From Chrysomallon squamiferum (lineage: Eukaryota; Animalia; Mollusca): a stretch of DNA of 64,000 nucleotides. Below are positions 43,801 to 59,162 of the stretch, piece by piece (within the stretch, counting starts at the first letter, position 1; each line of letters begins with the position of its first letter). Below the pieces are notes generated by a model, which did not search any database, was not told the origin of the DNA, and was given only the letters and a program-made list of their open reading frames with translations. The position numbers were made by a program, and so were the translations under genes. The stretch spans positions 9,424,001 to 9,488,000 of the forward strand of contig CM022665.1 in the NCBI GenBank assembly GCA_012295275.1, written 5' to 3'.

Positions 43801-44786
43801 ACTACATGTTACGTGGAGGTGTAGAATTTATTTAGTCAACTGAAAATGTGGTCCCAGTCTGATGCCAGGCTGGCAGTGATTCATTACTGAAAATTAGTTA
43901 CGATGAGGTGGACGTATCTAACTAATGGTGAAAAATCTGGCCTTTGTCTGTGTAGCAAACATTACGAATAATCAATATAACTTTAATCACATGTGAGAAA
44001 AATAGCAAAATACTCGTAAATAAAATTCTAAGACGAAAGTGTGCCAAGATCAATCACTTTTACTGTAAATAAAATAAAATAAAATGAAAAATGAAATAAA
44101 ATGAACTAAAATAACAAATAAATAAACAAATTAATTAATTACTTAATACGTAACCAAACAAACGAAAAAATTATTAACATCTTTTTATTTCTTTTTCTAC
44201 CGGATTTGTTTAAATCTGAAAGCTCAAATCATTCCTTAAAATACTGGATTAATTATTTATTTTCTTACTATTTCTGAACAAAACTCGATACTTGAACAAG
44301 ACAAACGTCATCTAAATAGACGATTATAGCCTATCATAAACTGAGGGTTTAAATAAAATCAAAATCTTTGTTAAAACTTATCCTAGCATTATATTTTTAA
44401 TTCTTTCCTGAAAAAGAAAAAAAATACTAATAATAATAAATGGGAAAAAAATAAATAAATAAATAACTGTATTTGTTTTTTTGTATTCCAACAGTGAATT
44501 CGGACAGACTGTATTTGTTTTGTATTACATTACAGAAAGTGATAATAAATGAAAATTCATCAGTCATTTTTTTTTCACAAAGAATTATTACATTTCCTAA
44601 TATTAACTGAGAATAATGCTGCACCAACCTTTATTCCGTGACTCCTAGTTAATATCATCTTTTAAAATGTTTAATTCATTAACATTAAATAAAGTGAGTT
44701 TTTATTGTTGTTTGTTTTATTTCTTCTGAAAATAAATGCTTCCAGACTTTTAATTATCTCTGAAACGTCAAACGTTTATAAAATAA

Positions 44787-44844
<58 letters not shown>

Positions 44845-44993
44845 CAAAATAAATAAATAAAATTTTCTAAATCCATTAAAGTTTAGCCAAATGTTTTTTT
44901 TTTTGGTTTTGTTTATTTTGTTTTACTTTTTTAATACTTCCAACAACATTTATTTGTGGAAGGTTTATAAGAAAAACACACAAATTTACCGTA

Positions 44994-45085
<92 letters not shown>

Positions 45086-46096
45086 AAATATATAAATTTA
45101 CTTGCGCTAAATACCGAATTATTTCTTGTTAAATATAGTTGCCATCATTACTTTCAATTATTTAATTATTTCAACTCATTTTTCTATTTTACCTCTTTTT
45201 TTTTAAAATTCTAAATTCTCGAAAAATACACGGACTAAATATTTTGTTTAAAATTTCCTCATGGACTTTTAATTATTATTACTTTACCAAAACTATCTTA
45301 TCTGCATCCATCCTTAGGGCTGCATCCTACATCGTGGTTCATCCAATATTAATTTTCAGCAAATTGTACAGTATGTGTTTAAATTTTAAAATCAAAGAGC
45401 ACGTAACTGAATATCTGAAAACACGATATTCTCACTTTAGAACAGAACATTATGTTTATGATACTACTTTTCATTTCCGCAAATTCTAATCTTGGCATCG
45501 AAGAATAAAAGAAATCGATAGTAAATATTGGATAACATAATATTTTTTTTAATTCCGGAACTAAACTTAAAAATAGAAAGAAAGATGATAATTTAATTCA
45601 TCTGAATCTGCCTGCCTTCCTGTCTGTCTGTCTATTTATCTATCTATATTTATCTATCTATCTATCTACTTATTTATCTATCTATATTTATCTTTCTATC
45701 TATCTCTATCTCTCTGTATATCTCTATCTATAAAGTATCTCTATAGCTGTATGTTTGTCTGTCTCTCAACCTGATTGTCTGTCTGCCTATCATCTATTTG
45801 CCTGCCTGTCTGTTTGTCTGTATATCTATCTATTTTTCTATCTGTCCATCTATCTACCCATCTATCCATCACTATAACTATCTATTTCTATCTATCAGTG
45901 TATATATATATAGACAGAAATATATATATATATATATATATGTCTATCTATGAATCTGTCTGTCTATCAATCTATCAATCTATCTACCCATCTAACTATC
46001 ACTATAACTATCTATCTCTATCTCTCTATATATCTATGTCTATCTATCTGCAGATTTGTTTGTCTGTCTGTCTGTCTGTATCTATCATCTATTTAG

Positions 46097-46130
<34 letters not shown>

Positions 46131-47025
46131 ATCTATTATATGATCATGGCCATCTGCTTATATCCATTTCTGTATAGGGGATTTTTCTCTCTGAATTTCT
46201 CTCTTTCTTTCTTTCTCTTCCTTCAGCACCTATCCTTTTCTCAACATTTAGAAAATTAATAATATTTTTGACACAACAATATTACAATATTAATTAAAAT
46301 ATTATACACCACACTTCGACTGGCTTCTGAGCAGTTCTGGGATCATTAGATAAGTTCTAGCTGTGAATATTAACTCACATTTGTATAACACTGATCAGAT
46401 ATCTTGAAAAGTCACACTGAAGTTGAAATAAAATTGATATTCGTTCGCTCTACTAATTATCCTCACCGAGGTCAAATAACTGACATATCGGTTGCTGTAT
46501 TAAATATATATTAACCAAAAGGAAAATAATGTAGCAAATATTTGTTTACAAATTACAAATGTATCAGTAATAATAATAATTAAGATAATGATGATGATAA
46601 TAATAATAATAATAATACTATTAATAATAATATAAATAAATCCATATAAATACATATAAATCCGGTTATGTCTTTATACACACGTAACGTACACGATCAT
46701 ATATAATAATAAAACATAAATGTAGTTATAAGAACAAACGTATGTGTATACCCGTACATATGTACACGCAAACACATGCACACACATAGGTAATGTATGT
46801 ATATAAACACACACACACTCACACACATACACAGGTGTCCACTTGAGTTATTATCAAGTTAAAACAAAATCGGATCATGCAGTTAAACACACATTATCCC
46901 AACACATATTAGCACAATGTTTGTTTTGCAGTCAGATGCTGACGTTGCGATTTAACGTATTAAATTTCGTCTGTAACAACATATCCAAATGGGATCACTA
47001 CTGAACAGATTATTAGTTAATGTAT

Positions 47026-47220
47026 TGTAGACATTTAGACTGTTATATCGGAGTTAATGATGTATGTCTAACCAAATTCGCTGTTGTATTGTAAACATTT
47101 AGACTGTACTATCGGAGCTACTGGTTTCTGTCTAACGAACTTCGCTTTTGAAATGTTTTGTAGACATTTAGACTGTTATATTGGAGTTAATGGTGTATGT
47201 CTAACGAACTTCGCTGTTGT
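47026..47220. repeat. ~64-70-bp tandem repeat, 3 copies
   Basis: TGTAGACATTTAGACTGTTATATCGGAGTTAATG...GTCTAACGAACTTCGCT occurs three times with substitutions. Confidence 0.85.
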
Positions 47221-50200
47221 CCAGTTTTTGAGTTCAAGGCTCGAAAGAAGCAATTAATAAGATAACTGTCATTATATATACATTTATTTCCAGTTATCAG
47301 CTTGCGAGTCCGAAGGCAATTTTATTACATATTTATCGCTCACAAGTATTTTATAACTATTTGGACACAATAAATATAATGTATTAGCATGTAAAAAAAT
47401 CAAAAAAAACATAAGAAACAACACAATTCTTAGAATCTTGATGAGAACGAAACAAACCAAAAACAAAACTTAAAAAAAAATTGTATGAAATAAAAAAATA
47501 ATTGTCTTTAATATATTTCCAGGCTGGAACGTTATAAAAAATAATATTAATAAAAATGTGTATGTAAAATAAAAAAAGCGAAAAGGAAAAAAAAAAAATA
47601 ATAACAATATCTACTGCATCGAAAGTGAAAGAAAATGAACTCCACAGATAAGAGCTGTTACAGTAAATGTTTTAACAAAAATAATGATCGGAGAGAAGAG
47701 TTCATTTGTTTTCAGAATGTTAAAGTACACGTACAGAACAGTTTAAAAGTGTTCAGTATTTTTGTAATATAGCAAATTTTTTTATTATTAAAAATTAAAC
47801 TGGAATTACATTAGCTTTGTTTGGTTTTTGTGGAGTTTTTGTTCATTTTTCATTTTCTTATAAGTCAAATTCGTATATAGAATTTTTTTTAATGACGATA
47901 TATATATATCTATGTGTGTGCATATATGTATATATGTATATATGCACGTATCTATGTATGTATGCATGTATGTATGTGTGTGTGTCTGCAAATGTTATAC
48001 ATCTGATAAAATATATAACTTAATACATGTATATGCATGGTACCATCAGTTTCATTTGGTTTTCTTTTACGACGCACGGACAAATCTGATCGATGAAGGT
48101 TAATAAATATTGTCATCATTATTTTGATGGTTAATTTGTTTAGTGGTGGTCTTTCCTAAGCTTACTGTCAAAATTTAACTTAAGAAATGAAGCTGGTTTG
48201 ATCAAATAGTCAGAGTCGGTTATATATCGCCCTGAGACAAAATGCCCAGGGGTAAAGATTAATTAGTACAGCTTTGAAAGGCTGAAGAAAGTGACAGGAA
48301 AGACCACGATAATGCAACGTTTTTATAACTGTTTCTACCAGAATTCTTTTGTTCTTGTTGTCGTTGTGTTCGTGTTGTTTTTATTATTATTATTATTATT
48401 TTCACTATGATCATCATTATCACCATCATTTCCAATTTGTAATGATAATAATAGGAAAAGCAGTAGTAGTAGTAGTAGTAGTAGAAGTACTAGTAGTGGC
48501 AGCAGCAGCAGTATTAATAGTAGTAGTAGAAGAAGAAGAAGAAAAAAAAATACAATATATTATAATGTACTGGATAATTCAGTAATCAAAACGCCCAGTC
48601 TCACCCAAATGGAACTATCAATGAAATGGAAATAAGAACCGAAGCACTCTGTATGCTGACAGTACGCATATCCATTGATGGTAATCTGGGCCACGAAAGA
48701 CTGATACTTAAGTGGGATAAACCAATCCAGTTAAATACAGATCTGGCAAGAATAACGGTTTCAGTGAATGTAATAAAGGTGAAGCTGAGGCAGCTTCACT
48801 CGCTCAGAAAAGGCTCGCAAGATAAATTCTTTTTGTAGATTTATTAAGATTCTCACTCGAAAGACTGTATAGATAGGAAAGTATAATGTTAATTATTCAT
48901 TTAGTTTCGGCATTGCATTTAGAAGAGTTGACTGGTTTCAACATGACAAGATGTTTGTTTTATACAAACGAAAAATATATTTATCTTTAAACGTTTTTCA
49001 CTTAAGCTTTCGTCCCACTACGCGAGCTCAGACATTGTCTAAGATCTGCCCAAGACAGAACAATAATTACAGTTTGCTTCAGTCATTATACAGATAATGA
49101 GGCCATTAGCAACCTTTGCTTTCAACCAGCAATCAAGGAATTCTGTGTTGTTATATGTAGTGCGTCTCTCGAGCAAATCATTCTGGGTAAGTCAGTGATT
49201 TTGTCCACGATAAAATATGATAAAACTACCCACTCACTTGGTGATTAGAAATGTACAAGTTTTGCAGTACGACATGACCATGATTCGTATCATCATCATC
49301 GTCATCATCATCAGCAACAACAACTGCTACTATTAAAGTACAAGAAAAAGTAAATTAAATAAATGCAAGAAATACATTTGTTAAAATAAAATAATTCACT
49401 TTCTGTCCCGAAAGTTTTCGAATCAATAAATCGGTTTCATTCTATTTTTAATTAATTTTTTTTTCTCTTTGAAATAATATTGCTTTTTCCTCGCAAAATG
49501 AAGGAGCATTCAACATTCAATGCTCTAATCGTTTTTCCTAACAGAAAGATCTATTATGTTAACTAAGCTTTGATAATTACAGTCTTTCATAGAGTCCACC
49601 TCTACCGTTTCACTCACGTCTTTTTTTTTGCACCTTCGTTTTCTTTCTTTTTCTCTTTTAAAAAAAAAAAAAAAAAAAATAAAAATTATATTCCTTCCTT
49701 CATTCTTTCTTTATTACTTCATTGATTTTATTTTCATTCTTTTTATTTCTTTCTTTTTCTTCTTCAGTCATATTTCTATCATTTTCTTTTTTAATCTTTG
49801 ATTCATCTTTTCTTTCATTTTTCTTTCCTTCTTTCATCTTTGTTTCTATCATTCTTTGCTTTTTCTTTCTCTCTTTGTTCTTTTTTTTTTGTTTCTTTCC
49901 TTCTTTCATTTTTTGTCCTTTCTTTCTTTCTGTTTTTCTTTTATATATTTCTTATTGTTTCTGTTTATTTTTTCATGTACAGTTGTTGTTTTTTCAGTGG
50001 ATATATTAGTCGACTGTGAGAAAACTAATGTAATTACTAACGTGACACCTCTGTTTTGTCATACCAGTAATTCAATATTCTTCATGAAAATTACTGTTAT
50101 AGGAAGCAGAATTCTTCGTGTTCGACATTTTGCAAAAATAATCACATAATCCATGAGAAAAATACATAACTGTCAAAAATAATCAGATTATTTCGACTTA

Positions 50201-50820
50201 ATAACATTTTTTTTTTTTTTTTCTTTTTTTTTTTCCACCCATTTTTTTATATGAATCGTGTAAGTGAATGAAAGAACATTATGAACAAATCTGAGGCACT
50301 ATTTTTGTCTTATACCTCTGCATATAATAAATTTTGTAATTAGTGTAATCTGTACTTGGTGGCTGAAGCCTTTTCGTTTGCTTGTATCGTTTTTAAGGTT
50401 GTATTTGTAAATTCACTTGCTAGCACTGAAGACAGAATGTTTATGAATTCTGGCATATTTGAAAGCAGATTTAGAACGAGTATTAGCATCAGGTGATGTT
50501 AATGATGTTATATTAACAAGTTCAGAGAACAAGCATGATTTATGAAATTAGACATAGCTTAAAGTAGAAATGTAATAGGTTTTTTTTCTTCTATTCCTGG
50601 GAGATCCAAGTTTCTCATGGAATCAAGTTTTGACGAATCAGGCAAGCATTTTGATAGATATCAGTATAAAACATAATAATTTTTAAAACATACTTTGAAT
50701 TATCAACCGTTCAACAAATCTGTTAGCGAGATGTTTATGTTCATCAGTCTAAAATACACGTCCTTCCTTCCACTCATCTTTTTATTTGTGTGTTCATTAT
50801 TTTAGTAAAAACCTACCTAA

Positions 50821-50935
<115 letters not shown>

Positions 50936-51731
50936 ACATATATATTTTATTATATATATATATTTATTCTTTTTCTCTTTTTCTCTTATTATTGAGATAA
51001 TATGTAAAAAGAAAAACAGAAAATAGAAAAATGTGGCTTGAACTACTTTGTAATCTTTCTCACTCCAGGAATACATTAAATAAAGGAAATTAAATAAAAC
51101 TAACCGCAGTGTATGTTACCGTGCTGTTTAAATATTTATTATAGAATAACAAATAGTGTAATTTTTAAATTACGAAGAGATGAACTGATAGATAAACAAA
51201 CAGTTAAATCAAAAGTGACTAGAAAAATAAATAAATAATTAAATAACAATAAACTATGATAAATAAATATAATGAATGAATGAATGAATGAATGAATAAT
51301 AAACTATAACAAATAGAAATAATAAATATAAAGATAGACAGAGAGACACACAGACAGATAGATAGATAGATATAGAAGGATAGATAGCACAGAGATGGCC
51401 ATATAGACAGACATATATACAGACAGTCAAACAGATAGTTTCTGTTTTAGTAAACAACCATAATTCTGATTAAATTCACTGAAATGGTTTTGAAACTTTT
51501 TTCCAATTAGCTCGTAAGACGGAAGTGTTTTCAAGTACACTTTTTTCTCTCAAGAATGTCAACACTCACGGAATGACAGAATGAGAAGAACACTTTCTGG
51601 TGTGTCTGAGTAATGTTACCGATTCAAAAGCTGTCAAAAAGAGGATGCTTATAACTACGATTATTACGTTTTTGTTAAACTCGTGTGTGTTTTTGTTGGG
51701 GGTTTTTTGTTGTTTTTTTTGTATGTGTGTC

Positions 51732-51777
<46 letters not shown>

Positions 51778-52208
51778 CTGTTTCGTGTATGTATGTTTTA
51801 TTTACGTGTGTATGTATGTATGTATGTTTTATTTACGTGTGTATGTATGTATGTATGTATGTATGTACCCGTGTTTGTCTTTATTAGTTTGCGTAGTCTG
51901 TGTATGTTGTGTGTATAAACGGATGTGCGTCTTTCTCGGTGTATACATACATGAAGTGTGAAGCAAGTTCTCTGCTGGATTAACTCATATAAACTAATAA
52001 GATCGTATTCAAATGGATTTTCCTAATTTTTGAGAAAGACTAGGAAGGTACTGAAATATTAAAAATTAATATATCACTTCATTCATTCATTCAGTTAGAA
52101 ATAAAATAAGTCTTCATTTGTTAAAATACAATAGTTTGCTTGATTAATACCATTATGAGCTGATACAGTTGGAAAATAACTGTTTCATACGTAGAGTTAC
52201 AAGTACTA

Positions 52209-52447
52209 CATGGCCGTAACTAAATTGAGGCAAATGCCTCATACCGGAATTTTGTTATTTATTTTTTTTATTTTAATACAAAGATTTTATTTTAAAAATA
52301 TAAAATATAAATGTCTATTACGATATCCACTGAATGAATTAGTTTATGTCTACGGTTCCCCGGACCCTCCGTCCAAACTTCTTTGCCCAGCTCCGATCGG
52401 CGACAGTGTTTTTGCCTCATTTCAAAAAGAGGCTGGTTATGGTCCCT
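52209..52447. mobile_element. Degenerate MITE-like element
   Basis: Termini CATGGCCGTAAC ... GGTTATGGTCCCT are imperfect inverted repeats; subterminal TGAGGCAAA/TTTGCCTCA inverted motif and an internal CCCCGGACCC. Confidence 0.45.
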
Positions 52448-52861
52448 TCTAAAAACATCACGCAGATTAGGCAAACTCGATGGAAGCAAAATTCCAACAG
52501 TTGCTGAGTCACTGCAACTCATGTACTTTCACTGTTTCATTTTCTCTCTTTCTGTGATAAAAAAAACTCAACCCTACAGAAAAATGTTTCGAGAAAGAGA
52601 ATACAGTTTTATTCGTTGTGGCTGTTTGATTGTGTGAGTGAGTCTATGTACGTGCGTGCGTGCGTGCGTGCGTGTGTGTGTGTGTGTTTTCTTTCAAAAA
52701 CTGAATCATTCATTGTGAAATCATAGATATCTAAACGAAAAATAAATCAGCAACACAACATAATAAATCTCACTTCAGAATTAATAATCGTAAGTGTTTC
52801 TGATTCTCTGGCGATGACAATTTTAGTATTAATTTGGGGGTTTTTGGTCTGTTTGTTTTTT

Positions 52862-52901
<40 letters not shown>

Positions 52902-53005
52902 TAATTATAATAACTTAAAATAATATTATCTTTGTAGGAGCCGAATCTGCAGTAGGAGCCGAATCTGCAGCCCAGTTTTTCAGTACACTTACTATACATA
53001 TACAA

Positions 53006-53089
<84 letters not shown>

Positions 53090-53471
53090 GTTTAAGAAAA
53101 TTCCTTTCAGATTTCACTGTTTGTTCCATCCTATAATTACATCTAGTATTACTTTTTCTAATGTTCTCGTTTGCTGGTTACATTTAATTAATCATAATAT
53201 ACCAGATATGTACGTGGCAAACATAAGCTTGAACTCATAAATAAGAAAGTAACGACATAGGACTACACCTCTCTGATCTGCAGAACCTGTTTATGTAGAA
53301 ATTCAGTTTCAGTGCAAGTGTTTGTGGTACAGATAAACCTGACTGGGAAGTCTTTCATATTTCACTTCATCCTTGGTATTCATAAAATGTCCTTGTCTTG
53401 AGGAACATAGTCATTAAATTATTGGTGACAACTACAAGATGTGTACACTCTAAAGATACATACATTTATAT

Positions 53472-54396
53472 GGTTTATTCTCGATTCTGGCATTCTGGCA
53501 GTGAGATTATAACACATCTTAACTGGACACACCAGTTGTTCCATTTCTGGCAGTTTATTTCTCACCCTTACTAATTGGTGTTCCGTCACCTTAATTGATG
53601 GCCCATCGCCTTAATTGATGTACTTTTGTTAAACTGTATTTAGTCCACAATTTGTAGGGATACTGGTCAGCTCCTCCCATGCTCGCTTCCGCATGGTGTT
53701 GGTCAGTAGGTGGACAGCAACGTCGCTGTCATCCGAGGAATGGACGTGGTCTTTACCTCTCCTGACCACAGTCCCATCCGGTGTAGTAGTCACGGTGGCA
53801 AGGCACCTCGAATACAAATATCTCCATGGTATACCATTCTTGTTATTAATCCGCCGTGCATACCTATATCCATCAAGTATGAGGTCCGCACCTGGTTTTC
53901 TGCCGTCCAAAATTTCTCCCTTCGCAGCCATGATCACACATAACAAACATCTTGAACCTTGAAAAAAATTAACGTGCTAATCAGAGCAAGCTATTGTGAA
54001 GCACGTCTACGAAGGGCACGCTTTCTGACAGGTCAGCGGGCGTGTCCGTCGCAGAATAACAAACATCATGACTATACAGTATTTATATAGGTAGTATTTC
54101 CTGTCTCCAAATTTTATACATCTTTTAATTGATCTGGTTAACTCCACATGTCTCCAAATTTTACTGAGATACAACATTAATTTCATGTCTCCAAACATTA
54201 ATTTTCCTGCAATCTCTATTCCGGCTCACCTCTGCTCTTCACTGCTCATTAAGGTTAATCTCGTTAATCGCCCCATCTGTTCTTCATACCTCTAAATTGG
54301 TCTTAATTGCTCACGCCAGTTTTCCCATTTCTGGAAGCTGATTAGAACACCTCACCGATTACATAATCTGGAGACTGCCAGTTTTGGGAACATACC
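53472..54396 (-). mobile_element. Non-autonomous Mutator-like (MULE) DNA transposon, 925 bp
   Basis: Perfect 9-bp direct repeat CATTTATAT on both flanks (53463-53471 and 54397-54405). GG...CC termini with imperfect inverted repeats (GGTTTATTCTCGATTCTGGCATTCT vs GGTATGTTCCCAAAACTGGCAGTCT, 18/25 identical). Internal FLYWCH-like ORF. Confidence 0.8.
53629..53931 (-). pseudogene. Truncated MULE transposase N-terminus with degenerate FLYWCH zinc finger
   Basis: LILDGYRY...WRYLYSRCLATVTT...GKDHVH fits the FLYWCH pattern (L.xxGY.Y, W-x-C, C-x-A, H-x-H), except that the first Cys appears as Tyr. No DDE catalytic domain follows. Confidence 0.7.
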
Positions 54397-56578
54397 CATT
54401 TATATGATAGACTGTTTCAGGACCTGATGTGAACAGTTTTTAGATTGCATTTTAAGCCACCACAGTAACCAACCACTGTCACGCAGCCCTCAGTAATTTT
54501 CTAACTTAATTTTAATAATAGTTTGGCTTCAGTTAAGTGTTGTTGTTTCCACTGTTTTGATTTGCTTTCCTCTTTTTTGATAATAAAAAAGATGAACTCT
54601 ACTAATCTGAATCAATACAGATTTTATTTATTTATTTATTTATTTTCTTTCTTTCTTTCTTTCTTTACTTTACTTTACTTTACTTTACAATCCAGAAATA
54701 ACAAACATCTTTTCAAATGCCAGTTCAAGTGAGTACGATATAGCTGAATTATGTTAATTATTTCTTACGTAATTACCTAGATATGATGTAACAGTCTTAA
54801 CAGATTATAACACCTTTCAAAAAAAACCAACACCTGTGCTTTTTCCCACAGCATTCAGTTTAGCTGACGTTTTTACTGAAACAGAAAATAATCCAGTAGT
54901 TCCCATTATGTGAAAAAAAAAAAGAATGATTATATACAGACATTTCAGATGATTGGTTAGAAACGTTACATATTGAACAGACTGTGACGTAATAATTAGT
55001 TATAGGTAACTAAATACAGTTATTTGAAAAGATGCAATAACTAGTTTTTATTGTTCAGATATAATAAATTTAAACGTGAATCTGAGTCGAATATGGTTGT
55101 TTATATAGTTCGCTGACCCAGTAGTTATCAGGTGTTTAACTGATTATTCACCGGATTTCACTGCAATTTGAACTCGTGATAAACTTGTGGCTGAAAACTG
55201 TATTACATAATAATAACAAAAGATTATATTATTAATGGAGTGATGGTGAATTATTATTATTTTTTTTGTTGTTGTTGTTGTTGTTGTTTACCTCGTTTTA
55301 AATGGTACTGACAGTGCTAGCGCAATAATTATACAGACCCAATTATAATACTTTAAATATAAAAATACTATGTTTAGAATCTTACGAGAAATTAGCAAAC
55401 GGTATATCAAACATTATCAATGTTATACCGATTTCAACATTATTCTGAATTATTTCCAGATTAATATATATATATATTTTTTTCTTTTTTTTTCTTATCT
55501 TCTTTTAAATCTTTGCAATACGGTGAAACAGATACATATACAAATTAGCCTTGACTGCTAGTTTTAGCTTAAAACCAGAAAAATTAATTTTATTTTATTA
55601 AAAAATAATTTAAAATGACACAAGCACACGATTAGCTTGACGCACAGAGATGTCCACTAGGTCAATCTTACTAACACATGAAATTAGTATTTTATTTACT
55701 GCAAGTATACTGAGTGTCGTCAGGGTTACGAGAGCGGGTCTGGGGCAGTGTGCGTCTGAAGATTAATCTTTCTAGGTACACATCCTGGCAACTATTTTCA
55801 ACACAGTCTCCACGAGTGGTATGTTTATGATCAAAACAAAAGAATAAACGAACGAGAAGGAATTTGTTAATGTATAATTTTTATTTGTTTTAATACTACC
55901 TCAGAATATTTTAATGAATGTGGAAAATAGTTTTTATATAATGACGTAGGATATACAGCACTCTCTACTTCAAAAGTTTGAGGTGAATTAAATTCAAGAT
56001 GAAAAGAATAAGTGTTATTTATTCGTTCATTCATACTTTTTTTAAATATGTTGTTATTATTAAATAATAATAATAATAATAATAATATTAAATAGTAGTA
56101 GTAGTAGAAGGAGTAATAGTAGTAAGAGTAATAATAGTAGTACAAAAAACAATAACAACAACAACAACAACAACAACCAAAAAACAAACAAAAATGTTTT
56201 GCAAATTGCGTCATGTTGTACCCATGTACGTTCAGAGTATAACTGTCACACCTGTATTGTTATCCGAAACACACACGTGTCACAACACAGCATAAACTCA
56301 ACCACAGGTTTTAATTACTATTATCACTGAGAGTAGGACATGACCTGTACTTTGCTGTTTTATCAGTCGAGTCCAGTCTTTCTAATCTCTATAATGTGCA
56401 CGTACCGCTTCAATAAGGACAAACATAAGCAGGCGAGATAAAGGCCGAGCTTAATCTACCTATGCTTGTGCGCAAAACAACAGCACGCTGACTTTGGGCG
56501 TGCAGTGCCTTCGCGTTGCCATTTTAATCACTGGTTACTGATGTCCGCTGTACAGAGTTACAGCACAGCTGTAAAGCA

Positions 56579-56868
56579 ATGAACTGGAATAAGCTTCAAC
56601 TTTGTGTAAACGTTGCCACGATCATTTCGTCCGCATTAGTTTTTATTCCGTTTGGATATATTGGAAAGTATTTGAATTCTCTATGCATTATACACGCTGA
56701 CTTTAACGGATTCTTTAACGGGACCGCGTTGGTACTTCATGAAGGTTCAAAATGGGGAGATTCGGATTTGTGCGATTTCGTAACTTATCTACCTGTGGTT
56801 GTGGCCATTCATGCTTTCATCTGGAGCTGGTTTTTTATTTATATTAGACAGACACATAAAGAAGAAGG
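56579..56868 (+). CDS. TMEM179: TMEM179-family four-pass membrane protein, exon 1
   Basis: MNWNKLQLCVNVATIISSALVFIPF...CII...NGTALVL...KWGDSDLCDFVTYLPVVVAIHAFIWSWFF: TM1, a Cys-containing loop with WG..C, then TM2. Donor GG|GTAAAA at 56869, phase 2. Confidence 0.8.
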
Positions 56869-56873
56869 GTAAA

Positions 56874-56990
56874 ATATAACTTTTTAATATTACTTTTAAA
56901 AATATATTTTTTATATAACTTTTAAATATATATTTTTTATATAACTTTTAAATATATATTTTTTATATAACTTTTAAATAAATATTTTTA
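56874..56990. repeat. AT-rich ~26-28-bp minisatellite at the start of TMEM179 intron 1
   Basis: About four units of ATATAACTTTTAAATATATATTTTTT. Confidence 0.75.
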
Positions 56991-57391
56991 ATTGTTACAT
57001 ATAAATATTATTTTTCTCATGCAGTTCTTGTTTACCGTACAAAGGAAAATAGAAATAATAGATAACTAAACTTTAACTTTAGTTCAAGTCCAGCGCAAAA
57101 GGCATTTTCTTTATTATGAATTACTACACAAATAAAGAGTTATGACAGAAAAATTTTTTTGGTTATTCAAATAAATTTGAAGGAGCATGGCAAATATGTG
57201 TGAAGAAAAATAGCGAATTCCAGCCGTGATGAACGGATGAGTAAATGCTTAGTGACATATTTTAAAATAAACAGTTACTAGATGTCGGTCTAATGTTTAA
57301 TATATATGTTATACTTATTATTACGTTTATTAATGTTTAGTGGCAAATAATCTTTAATATGCACATTCCCAGTGACAGCAAAGTACATACC

Positions 57392-57424
<33 letters not shown>

Positions 57425-59102
57425 CAACCAAAATTAAAATTAAAATAAGCCAGGAGATCACACACCAAAATGGAATTTGCTCGATGTAGATCACTAGATC
57501 ACTAGATCACACGCCAAAGTAGCACCCCATATCCTTTGACAAACCAGGCGCTGAACACAAACACAAGAAAGCAAAGGAAGAATAAGCAACGATTACAGAA
57601 TGATCTGAAAATATTTAATAATTATTTCTTACATTACCCTTTATCTATTCAGTAACGTTATTATTGCCAGTACGATTGGGAAAACTCGACACTCGTGTAT
57701 AGCCTGTAAGACAGAGGACAGAGTTCAGTTTAAAACAGTTTTTTTTTTTCTTTGTACGAACTTCTAATGTAAACTCGGTTCTGACATACAACGTCCAGCT
57801 ACACTCCCTGACTAACTATCTTAAAAAGCGTGCTTGAATCCTATGTAAATGTATATATTTATGTATATATTTTTTTTGGGGGGGTGGAGGAATATGAGGA
57901 AAAATGGAAGAATCATTTAACTATCTAAAGTATTAAAGTAATTTATAACTACGTGCATGTTCTTTTTCCAAAACAAGAAATGGAAAGTCGCTAACTATTA
58001 TTTTGCATGATCTGTTAAGTAAGAATGATGCAACAGTAGGTCATACTGAATCCTATATGTGTAAACAACGTTATCACTGTGAAATACCCCTTACGTAAAA
58101 CATTCAGTCATTTTGTACGTGTTAAAACTTTTTACACTTACGGCTTTATTATTTGAACTCTGAAGTAATTAGGAAGACAAAAATATCTCAGTGGAAAAGA
58201 CACTCGATGACAGCAAGGAAACGTTTGCAAAAACTTAGAGGAAAGCATTTTTATAAAACAGTTTCAGAAGTAGCAGAATTTCAGAATAAAGTCTACTGAT
58301 ACAAAACCGAAATTCCTAATAGTCCTTTCTCTCACTTCGTATTTACAGTGTTATCTCTCTCAGTGACATAAATGTCAGACATAATACATGCTTAGATTAA
58401 TCTACTAAGATATCATTTGTATGATATATTAATAAATAGCAAAGTAAGTACAGCTTTACAGACACGTCTGTTGAGTTTTTGGTTGTTGTTTTTTTCCTTT
58501 ACTTTATCCAACACAAAATGGCGAATATTGAATTCTTACGCATGAGAAAAAATATTTTCAGTTAGAAATGAAATATTCAGTCTTCCATAACAAAAACACT
58601 AATTGCTTTCACAGTTTCCAATTTTGCCTACATTTGTTAATACTTTTCTGTTGCACCCTTCATTTATTTATTTTTTTTTTTTTGAAGCAAATCTTTAAAA
58701 TGAACATTCATCTACGTTCTGATTATGTATTCAGATTTTTTTGAAATTGCCAAATACAAACCCCCCCAAAAAATAAAATAAAATAAAAAACAAAAAAAAC
58801 CCAAAAAATATTAAAATAAAATAAAATAAAATAAAATGAATGAATGAATAATGAAAAAAAAATAAAAATAAAAAAAGCTTTCTGTGAATATATACCAGTT
58901 TAATTGTTTTAATCGTGTGATTATCATTATTTATTTTTTATTATTATTAACATCATCGTCATGATCGTCTTTATGTTAAGTATTTTTATTTTATGTCATC
59001 ATCGTCGTTTTCGTCATTTTAAATATTGTTATAGTTATTAATAATATTATTATCAACATCAACATCATCATCATCATCATGGTCGTCGTCGTAATTATTT
59101 TA

Positions 59103-59162
<60 letters not shown>

